Source: an uncultured Candidatus Saccharibacteria bacterium | Lineage (GTDB): Bacteria; Patescibacteriota; Minisyncoccia; 2-02-FULL-40-12; IGHO2-12-FULL-4 | Reading direction: 5' to 3' | Assembly (NCBI GenBank): GCA_964580765.1 | Contig: CAZOKW010000003.1 | Span: 1 to 53,396, forward strand | DNA: 53,396 nucleotides | Program-made: the position numbers and the translations under genes | Shown here: piece by piece, positions 36,395-45,303 of the stretch | Layout: every line of letters begins with the position of its first letter | Numbering within the stretch: position 1 is the first letter of the stretch | Notes under the pieces: model-generated | What the model was told of the DNA's origin: nothing | The model's input: the letters and a program-made list of their open reading frames with translations, nothing else | Database searches by the model: none

Positions 36395-37159
36395 ATGCCC
36401 CCCTTAATTTTATCTTTAATCGTCGGTGGATTTGTCGGATTGGCCTCCGGCTATTTGGGTTCTCTGATGGTCCTAAGAAGAATGTCGCTGGTGGGCGATG
36501 CTCTCTCTCATGTCGCTCTGCCGGGTTTGGCTCTCGGCCTTTTGTGGAATTTTAATCCTTTTTTTGGGGCCTTCGGCGCCTTGGTTTTGGCCATAACTTT
36601 GATTTGGCTGATAGAAAACCGTACTAAACTTTCCACTGAAACACTGGTCGGTATCTTTTTTACCCTAAGCTTGGCCATCGGTTTAATTATCACTCCCGAA
36701 CCAGAATTGCTGGAGGCCCTTTTTGGAAATATTTCCCAAACCGCTTTACGGGAAACCATTTTAGCTGTTATTTTTTCACTAATCGCCATTGTGGCCGTCC
36801 ACAAAATTTACCATCGCCTGGTTCTGGGAACTATTTCTAACGATTTGGCCAGTTCAGTCGGCATCCGTACTAAAAAAATTGATTTTATTTTCCTCTTGAT
36901 TGTCGCTTTGATCGTCGCTCTGGGAATTAAAATAGTCGGCACCCTTTTAATGGGCGCCCTGGTGATTATCCCCGCCGCTTCTGCCAAAAACCTAGCCCAT
37001 AATCTTTCCGCTTATGGCGGACTAAGCGCCTTATTCGGCCTCATTAGCGCCGCTGGAGGGGTTTATCTTGCCTCTCTCCTTCACTTCTCCCCCGGCCCCA
37101 TCGTCGTCCTCGCCAGCGCCGCTATCTTTTTCGTTTCATTGATTTTTAGAAAGAGTTAG
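36395..37159 (+). CDS. ABC-3 family metal transporter permease (ZnuB-like)
   Basis: Eight or so TM helices. MSLVGDALSHVALPGLALG is the typical ZnuB/MntC motif. Confidence 0.75.
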   Translation: MPPLILSLIVGGFVGLASGYLGSLMVLRRMSLVGDALSHVALPGLALGLLWNFNPFFGAFGALVLAITLIWLIENRTKLSTETLVGIFFTLSLAIGLIITPEPELLEALFGNISQTALRETILAVIFSLIAIVAVHKIYHRLVLGTISNDLASSVGIRTKKIDFIFLLIVALIVALGIKIVGTLLMGALVIIPAASAKNLAHNLSAYGGLSALFGLISAAGGVYLASLLHFSPGPIVVLASAAIFFVSLIFRKS

Positions 37160-37177
37160 ATATAATAGTTCTTGCTT

Positions 37178-37750
37178 ATGGCCTTAGGAATGAATGACTT
37201 AAAAGCGGGGGTTTTTTTTATTTACGAGGGACAGCCCTATGTGGTTTTGGAAACCCATCATTTAAAAATGCAACAGCGCCGGCCGACTTTGCAGACCAAG
37301 TTTAAAAACATGCTCAATGGAAAAACATATGAACGGAACTTTCAGCAGTCCGATGTTTTTGAAGAAGCTGATATTGTCCGCCAAAATGTAAAGTTTTTGT
37401 ACAGCCACCGGGAAGAATACTGGTTCTCTTACGAAAAAGATCCCGGCCAGCGGTTTAAACTAGATCGAGGAATGATCGGCGAAGTGGTTAAGTATTTAAA
37501 AGCCAACACCATCTTAAGCGCTGTTTTGTTTAATCAAAAAATTATCAATGTGGAACTGCCGGTTAAAATGGATTTTAAAGTAATCGAGGCCCCTCCGGCC
37601 ATCCGCGGAGACACCGCCCAAGGCGGAGTAAAACAGGTCAAAATAGAGACCGGCACCCTCGTCAATGTCCCCCTCTTTATCAACGAAGGCGATGTGATTC
37701 GCTTAAACACCCAAAGCGGGGATTATGTCGAAAGAGTAGATAAGAAGTGA
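37178..37750 (+). CDS. efp: elongation factor P
   Basis: Start taken at the ATG of MALGMNDLKAGVFF. KOW-like N-terminus, then OB domains. Confidence 0.85.
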   Translation: MALGMNDLKAGVFFIYEGQPYVVLETHHLKMQQRRPTLQTKFKNMLNGKTYERNFQQSDVFEEADIVRQNVKFLYSHREEYWFSYEKDPGQRFKLDRGMIGEVVKYLKANTILSAVLFNQKIINVELPVKMDFKVIEAPPAIRGDTAQGGVKQVKIETGTLVNVPLFINEGDVIRLNTQSGDYVERVDKK

Positions 37751-37824
37751 TACCCTCTCGAGAGCTTGTCTGCTGGGAGCAGACAAGCGGTGAACATCCC
37801 CGCTCGGCCTCTGGCCAATTATTG

Positions 37825-38409
37825 TTAGATTACTTTTTTGCGTCTAAGAAATAACAAAGACAAAAGCGGGACAAAAGACCAGATAAAAGAGGCCGGCGGC
37901 CAAGCTAAATATTTCCTTATTACGGGATAGGAATTAAAAATAGAGTTATCAAAAGGAGGCGCATAAGAAATAATAATTGACAGCCAAAAGATTCCTTGCA
38001 GAATACTTAAGAAGAGAATAGTCATCGGCGGGGATTCTTGTAAAGACATCTTCGGTCTTAAAATCGAGCGGTTCAAGATCAAAACGGAAATGATGAAGAA
38101 AATTACAAAAATCAGGAGACGGGCCCAAAATATGGCCGGCAGGTTTAGAAAATCGCCAAAAAATTTAGCCAGTTCCAGCCGATAAATAAAGGTTGATTCC
38201 AGAAAAGCGGAAATATAAGTGGCCAATAGAGCCAGAACGATCTTGGTTTTACCAAAACTCAAAGCAATCAAAAAGATCACCAAAAGAAAAAACAAGAAAA
38301 ACAAACTGCCGCCACTGGTGACAGTTGAACTCATCAGGCCGTCCAGCCCGCTGAAATTTTTAGAAAAACTTCCGACAGAAGATAGGATTTTGATTAAAAA
38401 TTCCTGCAT
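37825..38409 (-). CDS. hypothetical polytopic membrane protein (CvpA-like topology)
   Basis: Four or more hydrophobic helices. Last gene of the minus-strand heat-shock operon. Confidence 0.45.
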   Translation of the reverse strand: MQEFLIKILSSVGSFSKNFSGLDGLMSSTVTSGGSLFFLFFLLVIFLIALSFGKTKIVLALLATYISAFLESTFIYRLELAKFFGDFLNLPAIFWARLLIFVIFFIISVLILNRSILRPKMSLQESPPMTILFLSILQGIFWLSIIISYAPPFDNSIFNSYPVIRKYLAWPPASFIWSFVPLLSLLFLRRKKVI

Positions 38410-38411
38410 TT

Positions 38412-38945
38412 TTAAACTTCGTCGTGAAAAACAACTTTAACAAATAAATCTCCGCCGGGAGCATGACCCTCGTTGTTTATCTGCAAAACAGCGCCGGCGA
38501 CAGTATCTTTGGGAATTTTTATTTCCACTCGCCGAGAAGCCGGTACCCTCCCCGCCCCGTTACATTTTAAACAATTAGGCGTCCGGAGAGTATTTTTATC
38601 CCGGCATTGCGAGCAAAAAATATACCGCTGATACTCCAAATAAACATACCCGCCTTGCCGGGCCTTTTGAGTACTGACCGGTAAATCCAAAAAAATGTCC
38701 CTCCCCTCTTTAAGGTCCTCTGGATTTTGGGATAGTTTTATCTGGCCGGTCGCACTGATAATATTTTTAAGGGCCGTTTGAAAAATTTCCGTGAAATTTT
38801 CCGGCAGCAGGCCTTCGGAATCATCAAAATCCAAATCTAAACCTTCAAGATTTTTTTCCGGAGTGACCGCCGTGCCAATCAAACTTCCCTGCCCTATTTT
38901 AGAAATGTCCAGTCCGTCAAAACTTTTGTCGTCTTTATTTGTCAT
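38412..38945 (-). CDS. DnaJ C-terminal-like protein (Cys-rich zinc-finger plus CTD, no J domain)
   Basis: CSQC...CLKCNGAG CxxCxG repeats and VEIKIPKDTVAGAVLQINNEGHAPGGDLFVKV match the DnaJ zinc-finger and CTD. No HPD-bearing J domain was seen. Confidence 0.55.
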   Translation of the reverse strand: MTNKDDKSFDGLDISKIGQGSLIGTAVTPEKNLEGLDLDFDDSEGLLPENFTEIFQTALKNIISATGQIKLSQNPEDLKEGRDIFLDLPVSTQKARQGGYVYLEYQRYIFCSQCRDKNTLRTPNCLKCNGAGRVPASRRVEIKIPKDTVAGAVLQINNEGHAPGGDLFVKVVFHDEV

Positions 38946-38956
38946 CTTGCTGTTGG

Positions 38957-39790
38957 TTAAAAATTAATTACATCCGCCTCTTTAGAGGCCTTTTCTATTT
39001 TTATGACTTTCAAGACCTTTAAGAACCAGAATAGGAACAAAGTCATCGCTACGGCCAGCCAGATAAATATCGTGCTTAATCCTTGCAGGATCAAAAACAA
39101 GCTAAAAGCGAAAATGGGGGGTAAGAAAACAAAATAAGGATTCAGAAAATTGGTAATCTGGCTAAGCACTGTTTCGGTGGCTTGGGCTCTTAAACTCGGA
39201 TTGGCTATCTCCAGATTTTCACTGACATAACTGCCCACCACCACTTGCACCGTTTTACGGACCGCGCCAGGCAATTCTTTTTTTTGGGCCGCCGCCTGCA
39301 CACCGCTGCTCAAAAAATATCCAAAGGAAATCAAAATTAAAACAGAGGTAATCAACCGCCGCAATCCCGGATCAACGGTTAATTTCAGATTGATTCGCAA
39401 ATGATTATTTTTTTCTCCCTGAATAATCTTGCGGGCGTAGAGTTGAAAGAAAAGAGCAATGGCCACTCCTCCCCAAGTAATAATATTGGTCGGATTAAAC
39501 AAAAGGGCAAAGATAATCAAATTCAAACCCATCACCAACCAAGTCGCCCATTGATCCAGCAATAGAAAAGAAAGCGCCAACAGGCCAGCCAACAGACAAA
39601 GCAACACCAACGGCCACAGCCATGTCTCCACGGCTTGAATCCGCCAGCCGGCGGACATCGGCCCTTCAATTAATGGCTTGGTCACCAACCAAAAAACCAG
39701 AGCCGCCACCGTCGTCACCGCCAAGAGAATTATTTGTTTGAGCATGCTAGATTTTCTTACTGAACAAAGTGAAGTTAGAAACATCTGCAC
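38957..39790 (-). CDS. hypothetical polytopic membrane protein
   Basis: Six or more TM helices. Located between the DnaJ-CTD-like gene and clpB. Confidence 0.45.
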   Translation of the reverse strand: MQMFLTSLCSVRKSSMLKQIILLAVTTVAALVFWLVTKPLIEGPMSAGWRIQAVETWLWPLVLLCLLAGLLALSFLLLDQWATWLVMGLNLIIFALLFNPTNIITWGGVAIALFFQLYARKIIQGEKNNHLRINLKLTVDPGLRRLITSVLILISFGYFLSSGVQAAAQKKELPGAVRKTVQVVVGSYVSENLEIANPSLRAQATETVLSQITNFLNPYFVFLPPIFAFSLFLILQGLSTIFIWLAVAMTLFLFWFLKVLKVIKIEKASKEADVINF

Positions 39791-39884
39791 CCAGCTCTTT
39801 CTAAGCTACCCACGACTAATAACTTGGACAGATTAATTCTGTTACATATTCTTCTTTTTGTGGATACTTTAGAAAGAGCTGGGT
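39789..39884. mobile_element. MITE-like element with 17-bp inverted repeats
   Basis: acccagctctttctaag at 39789 and ttagaaagagctgggt at 39869 (16/17 match), about 60 bp apart. Confidence 0.4.
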
Positions 39885-39939
39885 AACTATTTGTTATCGT
39901 ACTCGTCTCGCTAAGCTCGACTGCGTACGGACAAATAAG

Positions 39940-42624
39940 TTACTTAAATACTACAATAAATATCCCATCTTTGAAATCCACATTTATCACCGTTCCCCGC
40001 GCCGGCTTCTCCCGCAAGATCTCATCGGAGATGCGGTTCTCAATTTGTTTTTGGATTATCCTGCGCAACTCCCGCGCTCCAAAATGAGGGTCATATCCTT
40101 CTTCGGCAATTTTAGCGACGGCCTCCGGACTGATCTTTAAATCATAACCGGATTTATTTAAGCGGGATTGCAAAAATCCTAATTGCAATTTTACTATTTC
40201 GGCGATCTGTTCTCTGGGTAAACCGTGGAAAACAATAATTTCATCCAAACGGTTTAAAAACTCCGGCCGGAAATACTTTTTAAGCTCATCTTTAAGTTTG
40301 ACCCGCAAGTCCTCGTAAGCCATCTGTTTCTTTTCTTCTTTGTCCAGTTCGTGCTGAATAATATCAGAACCGACATTACTGGTGGCGATAATAATAGTAT
40401 TGGTAAAATCAACTACCCGGCCCTGCCCGTCGGTCAGTCGTCCGTCCTCCAAAACCTGCAAAAGGACATTAAAAATATCCGGATGGGCTTTTTCAATTTC
40501 ATCCAACAGAACGATAGAGTGGGGACGGCGGCGGACCGCTTCGGTCAACTGTCCCCCTTCTTCAAACCCCACATAGCCTGGAGGAGCGCCGATCAACCGC
40601 GCCACATTGTGCCTCTCCATATATTCCGACATATCCAGCCGAATCATGGCCTCCTGATTTCCGAACATCACCTGCGCTAAAGAACGGGATAATTCCGTCT
40701 TGCCCACTCCGGTCGGACCTAAAAATATAAAAGAAGCGATGGGACGATGCGGATCGCCCAAGCCCGCCCGGGACCGACGAATAGCGCTGGCCACCGCTTT
40801 GATGGCCTCTTCTTGTCCGATCACCCGCAAAGACAACTTTTTCTCCAGATTCAAAAGTTTTTCCCGCTCTTCTTCGGTTAGTTCACTGACCGGAATGCCA
40901 GTTAATTTGGAAACAACCTCCGCAATGGCATGCTCGTTCACCACCGGAATACTTCGGCCGATTGATTCCTGCCATTGGTCAAAAAGCTGTTCCCTCTTTT
41001 TTTCCAATTCACCAATCTCTTTTTTAATTTTATCCGCTTCTTTTATTTTCTTGGCTCGCTGGGCCGCTTCTAACTCTTTTTTAAGAGAATGGATATTTTC
41101 ATCCAATTCCCGTACCTCCTGCGGTTCGGAGGTAGATTGAATCCGCACCCGCGCCGCCGCCTGATCCATCAGGTCAATGGCTTTATCCGGCAAAAAACGA
41201 GAAGTAATATAACGATCGGAAAGCTCCGCCGCCGCCGCCAGCGCTTCGTCTAAAATCTTGATCCGGTGATGTGATTCATAACGATCCCGCAAACCGCGCA
41301 AAATTTCAACGGCCTGTCCTACGGTCGGTTCTGGTATGACAATCGGCTGGAATCTTCTTTCCAGCGCCTGGTCTTTCTCAATGTATTTTTTGTATTCTTT
41401 TAAAGTAGTAGCCCCCACCACATGCAGTTCACCTCGGGCCAAAGATGGTTTGAAAATATTAGCCGCGTCCATCCCCGATTCCCCGCCGGAACCGGTGCCG
41501 ACTAAAAGATGCAATTCATCTATAAAAATTATTAAGTTATCCCGATTAGCTTTTATTTCTTCAATGATAACCTTGAGCCGTTCTTCCAAATCACCCCGAA
41601 AACGGGTACCGGACATAATGGCCGCCAAATCCAGTTCCGCTAATCTTTTTCCAAACAATGACTCCGGCACACTGCCGGAAACAATGCGTTGCGCTAATCC
41701 CTCCACGATAGCGGTCTTACCAACCCCCGGCTCCCCGATTAGCACCGGATTGTTTTTGGTGCGGCGGGACAAAATTTCCACCGCCGTTTCAATTTCTTTA
41801 GACCGGCCAATAACCGGGTCCAGTTTCCCTTCCCTAGCCAACTGGGTCAGATCGCGGGAAAATTTGTCTAAAGTAGGCGTATTCATTTTAATAACACTCT
41901 CCGCTTTGCCCATCCCCACTTTTTTGATGATTTTCTGGCGCAAAGGGCCGGCATCGGCCAGACCATATCTTTTCAAAAGCTGACTGGCCAATCCCTCGCC
42001 TTCTTTAATCAAGGCCAGAACTAAATGTTCCGGGCCGATGTAATTGTGATTCAAAGCGCGAGCTTCGTCCAAAGACAGATCAAAAACCCTTTTCAAGCGG
42101 GGAGAATATTCTAATTCCTGTGGCACAGTTGTGCCCTTGATCATATTATCTTTGATCTCTTTTTCCAGTGATTTAACATCAATTTTTAACTGCTTCAGAA
42201 CGCCGGCCACGATCTCGTTTTGCAACAAACTAAACAAAAGATGCTCCGTATCGATCATGGCATGCCTGCTATCTTGGGCGAACTCCGCCGCCCGGTCTAA
42301 AATACCGTTGGCCTCATCGGAAAGATAATCTGTGAAATCCACTCTTTCTTCCGAGGGAGCGCGCATTTGGCCGGGCAAACCAAGTCCCTCCAATCCACTA
42401 CCACCCAGACCACCGCCCTGACCGCTTCCGCCACCTCCAAAAATATCTCCAAAAAGACCGCCAAAGATGTCATTTAAATTGCCGAACTCCCGGCCACTGG
42501 AACGACCCTGGGTCTTATTGGCGCACTGCTGGCAAATATCCTTAACCTGTTTGACGCCATTTTTTATAATGCTGATTTTGCCGCTCGCCCTATTCTTCTT
42601 ACAAATATCGCAAATATTATTCAT
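39940..42624 (-). CDS. clpB: ClpB/ClpC-type Hsp100 chaperone ATPase with an N-terminal ClpX-like C4 zinc ribbon and a Gly/Phe-rich linker
   Basis: Two AAA+ modules (GEPGVGKTAIVEGLA and FLGPTGVGKTELSRSLA), a coiled-coil M-domain, a Clp_N-like segment and GAPPGYVGFEEGG. The N-terminus CDICKK-x21-CQQC followed by DIFGGLFGDIFGGGGSGQGGG is unusual. Confidence 0.85.
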   Translation of the reverse strand: MNNICDICKKNRASGKISIIKNGVKQVKDICQQCANKTQGRSSGREFGNLNDIFGGLFGDIFGGGGSGQGGGLGGSGLEGLGLPGQMRAPSEERVDFTDYLSDEANGILDRAAEFAQDSRHAMIDTEHLLFSLLQNEIVAGVLKQLKIDVKSLEKEIKDNMIKGTTVPQELEYSPRLKRVFDLSLDEARALNHNYIGPEHLVLALIKEGEGLASQLLKRYGLADAGPLRQKIIKKVGMGKAESVIKMNTPTLDKFSRDLTQLAREGKLDPVIGRSKEIETAVEILSRRTKNNPVLIGEPGVGKTAIVEGLAQRIVSGSVPESLFGKRLAELDLAAIMSGTRFRGDLEERLKVIIEEIKANRDNLIIFIDELHLLVGTGSGGESGMDAANIFKPSLARGELHVVGATTLKEYKKYIEKDQALERRFQPIVIPEPTVGQAVEILRGLRDRYESHHRIKILDEALAAAAELSDRYITSRFLPDKAIDLMDQAAARVRIQSTSEPQEVRELDENIHSLKKELEAAQRAKKIKEADKIKKEIGELEKKREQLFDQWQESIGRSIPVVNEHAIAEVVSKLTGIPVSELTEEEREKLLNLEKKLSLRVIGQEEAIKAVASAIRRSRAGLGDPHRPIASFIFLGPTGVGKTELSRSLAQVMFGNQEAMIRLDMSEYMERHNVARLIGAPPGYVGFEEGGQLTEAVRRRPHSIVLLDEIEKAHPDIFNVLLQVLEDGRLTDGQGRVVDFTNTIIIATSNVGSDIIQHELDKEEKKQMAYEDLRVKLKDELKKYFRPEFLNRLDEIIVFHGLPREQIAEIVKLQLGFLQSRLNKSGYDLKISPEAVAKIAEEGYDPHFGARELRRIIQKQIENRISDEILREKPARGTVINVDFKDGIFIVVFK

Positions 42625-42737
42625 GTTTGCTTCGCAAACTAGTTTATAAAGTTCGTAAAGTTCTTCAAGTTTATCAAGTAAGATTCTTTTTCAACTTCTT
42701 TACTTTATAAACTTGATGGACTTTATAACTTGATAAA

Positions 42738-43493
42738 CTAATTTAACTCGTTCATTTTTTTTGTTATGTATTTTAACAAAGATAGATTTCTGTGATAAGC
42801 CATGCGCATCGGCCCAATGACGGCCGAGACACCTTCATGCCCCTCCGGCAACGGATAGCGGGCAATAATTATGGCCTCTTTTTGAGTATGCTTATGGGGA
42901 TTTTCCCGGCCAATATAGACCACTAATTCTTTGGGGCCTTGTCCCAAAAACTGACTGAAATAATTTTCAAATTCATCAAAGATATTTCCAAAACCGAAAA
43001 AGTCATCCCTCTCCCTCGCCTCGCTGGAGCTCCGGCGAAGCGGGTCGAACTCCGGCGATTCCAAAATATTGGAAAACCCCATGCGATAAAATTCGTTGGT
43101 GTCGGCAAGACCGCTAATCACAAAATCATCCACCAGGTTAGACATGGTTTTGGCCAAACCGGAACTGATGGCATGCGCTTCACGGGGAGAATGCTCAATG
43201 GCCCGGTCAATCGCTCGGCGGTCCTGCGCCGGCAAGTCGCCGGTTTTTTCTTTTTCCTGAAGCAATTTATCCACAAAAAAACGGTAGGCCTTGTCGGTTG
43301 GCACCCGCCCGGCGGAAGTATGGGGCTGGCGAAGATAACCATCCTTTTCCAATCCCATCATCTCCGCCCGCAAAGTGGCCGGACTGCAGTCAAACCCGCA
43401 TTTTTCCGCCAAAAAACTTGAGCTGATTGGTTCGGCCTTTTTGACATATTCTTTAATTAAGACCTGGAGTATTTCCTCCTGCCTGGAAGTCAT
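42738..43493 (-). CDS. hrcA: heat-inducible transcription repressor HrcA
   Basis: N-terminal winged-helix ILQVLIKEYVKKAEPISSSFLAEKCGFDCSPATLRAEMMGLEKDGYL. Sits directly upstream of clpB. Confidence 0.85.
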   Translation of the reverse strand: MTSRQEEILQVLIKEYVKKAEPISSSFLAEKCGFDCSPATLRAEMMGLEKDGYLRQPHTSAGRVPTDKAYRFFVDKLLQEKEKTGDLPAQDRRAIDRAIEHSPREAHAISSGLAKTMSNLVDDFVISGLADTNEFYRMGFSNILESPEFDPLRRSSSEARERDDFFGFGNIFDEFENYFSQFLGQGPKELVVYIGRENPHKHTQKEAIIIARYPLPEGHEGVSAVIGPMRMAYHRNLSLLKYITKKMNELN

Positions 43494-43517
43494 TTTACTC
43501 TCATTATATCCCTATGA

Positions 43518-43544
43518 TTAGCAGTGTCAAGCCGAGAGTGCTAA
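43518..43544. promoter_or_regulatory. CIRCE-like operator (HrcA site) upstream of hrcA
   Basis: TTAGCAGTG-N9-GAGTGCTAA against the consensus TTAGCACTC-N9-GAGTGCTAA (2 mismatches in the left arm). A second TAGCACTC ... GAGTGCCAA pair with a 45-nt hairpin-forming spacer lies at 43564-43627. Confidence 0.6.
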
Positions 43545-43694
43545 TCATAAAACTAGCACTCTCAAGCCTGCCCCGTAGGGTCGCGAAAGCGACTCCTTCG
43601 GGGTCAAGAGTGCCAACATTTTAATTCCTCTTGACTCAAGTGTTAGAAGATGGTATCGTTGTCCAAAGTTTGTTTTCTTTTAAAAGGAGCTGTC

Positions 43695-43988
43695 ATGCGA
43701 CCTAAAATCATTGAAACTGATAGCCGAGTTTACAGCAAGCCCACTATGTGTTTGGATTGTCATCTGGTTGTGAATATGTCTCACGAACAAAACACTGATC
43801 CAGTTAAAGGGGCCTGGCAGTGTCCTAAATGTGGACATCAATATAAATTTGCTCACTGGAAGATTAAGAATAGAAAAGGAAAAAATGAACCGACACCGGA
43901 ACCAGAGACAGAAAATAAAAAAGGGGCGACATTCTTACCAAACTGGTCGGACGCACTCTCCCAAAGTCAAAATTATAAAAGAAAATAG
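43695..43988 (+). CDS. hypothetical zinc-ribbon protein
   Basis: Start at the MRPKIIE ATG, which has AAGGAG upstream. CLDCH...CPKCGH is a C4 zinc ribbon. Basic C-terminal tail. Confidence 0.4.
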   Translation: MRPKIIETDSRVYSKPTMCLDCHLVVNMSHEQNTDPVKGAWQCPKCGHQYKFAHWKIKNRKGKNEPTPEPETENKKGATFLPNWSDALSQSQNYKRK

Positions 43989-43992
43989 AACG

Positions 43993-44021
43993 AAATCCCG
44001 GGATAACCCTAGGATTTTTTT
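43993..44021 (+). terminator. rho-independent terminator
   Basis: aaatcccgggataaccctaggattttttt. Confidence 0.45.
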
Positions 44022-44049
44022 ATTAATAAGAAAGTGTTAAAATTTTAGG

Positions 44050-45303
44050 GTGGGCAAACTCAAAAAATTTTGGCGGTGGATGGGGCCTGGCCTGATCACC
44101 GGCGCGGTGGACGATGACCCCTCCGGTATCGCCACTTACTCCATCGCCGGAGCTAAAGCCGGTTTTTCTGTTTTGTGGACCATGCTTTATAGTTTGCCGA
44201 TGATGATTGCTCTGCAAGAAATGAGCGGGCGCATCGGACTGACTTCCCGTTGCGGTTTGGCCGGCAACCTCAAGCGCTACTATCCTAAACAGCTTTTGGT
44301 TATTTTCGCGGCCTTAATCGTCGTAGCTAATGTCTTTAACATCGGCGCTGATATCTCCGGCATGGCCGCCGCGATTAATCTTCTTTTGCCTAATTCTCAT
44401 CAACTAATTTCCATAATTTTGGTCACCGGAGTTATTTTTCTGACGGTAGTCATGCCTTATCGCAAAATGGTTCTGATTTTTAAGTGGCTCTCGCTTTCTT
44501 TGGGAGCATACATCATCGCCGGACTAATCGCCGTTAACAACTGGCCAGTCGTATTTTTAAAAACCCTTGTCCCCCACCTGGAATTTAATAAGGACTTTTT
44601 TATCCTGCTTCTGGCCATTCTTGGCACAACCATCTCTCCCTATCTTCCGGTCTGGCAGGCCAACGAAGAAGCGGAAGAAAAAAAGCTTGACGGCCAAGTC
44701 ACTCGCATCTGCAAATTCAGAACGGTAGCCGGCAAAGAACTTTCCCATGCGAATAAAGAAGACATTTTTGGCATGTTTTTCTCCAACCTCATCGGATTTT
44801 TTATCATCGCCCTGACCGGTTCGGTGATTTTCGGCGCCGGATTGCAAAACATCGAGACAATCAAAGAAGCCGCCGAAGCGCTCCGCCCTTTAGCCGGGCC
44901 TTACGCCTACTGGTTATTTGCTTTTGGCTTGATTAGCGCCGGCTTGTTGGCCATCCCCATTTTGGCCGGCTCAGCCGCCTATGTTATATCCGAGGCCTTT
45001 GGCTGGGAAGCCAGTTTGGACAAGCCATTCAATAAAGCGAAAGGGTTTTATTTAGTAATAATTATTGCTACCGTTTTGGGACTGGGAATCACCTATTTAG
45101 GCATCAGCCCCATCAAGGCCTTGTTTTATACGGCTATTCTTCACGGATTGGTGGGACCGGTGCTGATTGGCGCCCTTATTCACATGTCCAACAATCCCAA
45201 AATTGTCGGCCCAAATAAAAGTAGCCACCTGAATAATTTCTTCGCTTATACTGCTATGGTTCTGCTAACAGTCGGAGCGGTATTTTTCTTTACTACTTTG
45301 TGA
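44050..45303 (+). CDS. mntH: NRAMP-family divalent cation transporter (MntH-like, variant DPSG motif)
   Basis: GPGLITGAVDDDPSGIATYS stands where the canonical motif is DPGN. Eleven or so TM helices. Confidence 0.7.
   Translation: MGKLKKFWRWMGPGLITGAVDDDPSGIATYSIAGAKAGFSVLWTMLYSLPMMIALQEMSGRIGLTSRCGLAGNLKRYYPKQLLVIFAALIVVANVFNIGADISGMAAAINLLLPNSHQLISIILVTGVIFLTVVMPYRKMVLIFKWLSLSLGAYIIAGLIAVNNWPVVFLKTLVPHLEFNKDFFILLLAILGTTISPYLPVWQANEEAEEKKLDGQVTRICKFRTVAGKELSHANKEDIFGMFFSNLIGFFIIALTGSVIFGAGLQNIETIKEAAEALRPLAGPYAYWLFAFGLISAGLLAIPILAGSAAYVISEAFGWEASLDKPFNKAKGFYLVIIIATVLGLGITYLGISPIKALFYTAILHGLVGPVLIGALIHMSNNPKIVGPNKSSHLNNFFAYTAMVLLTVGAVFFFTTL

Noticed and set aside
36358-36555. 65-aa ORF spanning the family-1 hairpin and the ABC permease start
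   Set aside because: It lies out of frame over the permease N-terminus and starts inside the palindromic repeat. The permease frame has typical ZnuB motifs.
40351-41983. Plus-strand ORFs of 109-215 aa inside clpB
   Set aside because: They are antisense to a highly conserved two-AAA+ ClpB reading frame. The translations are Ser/Pro/Arg-rich and show no homology-like features.
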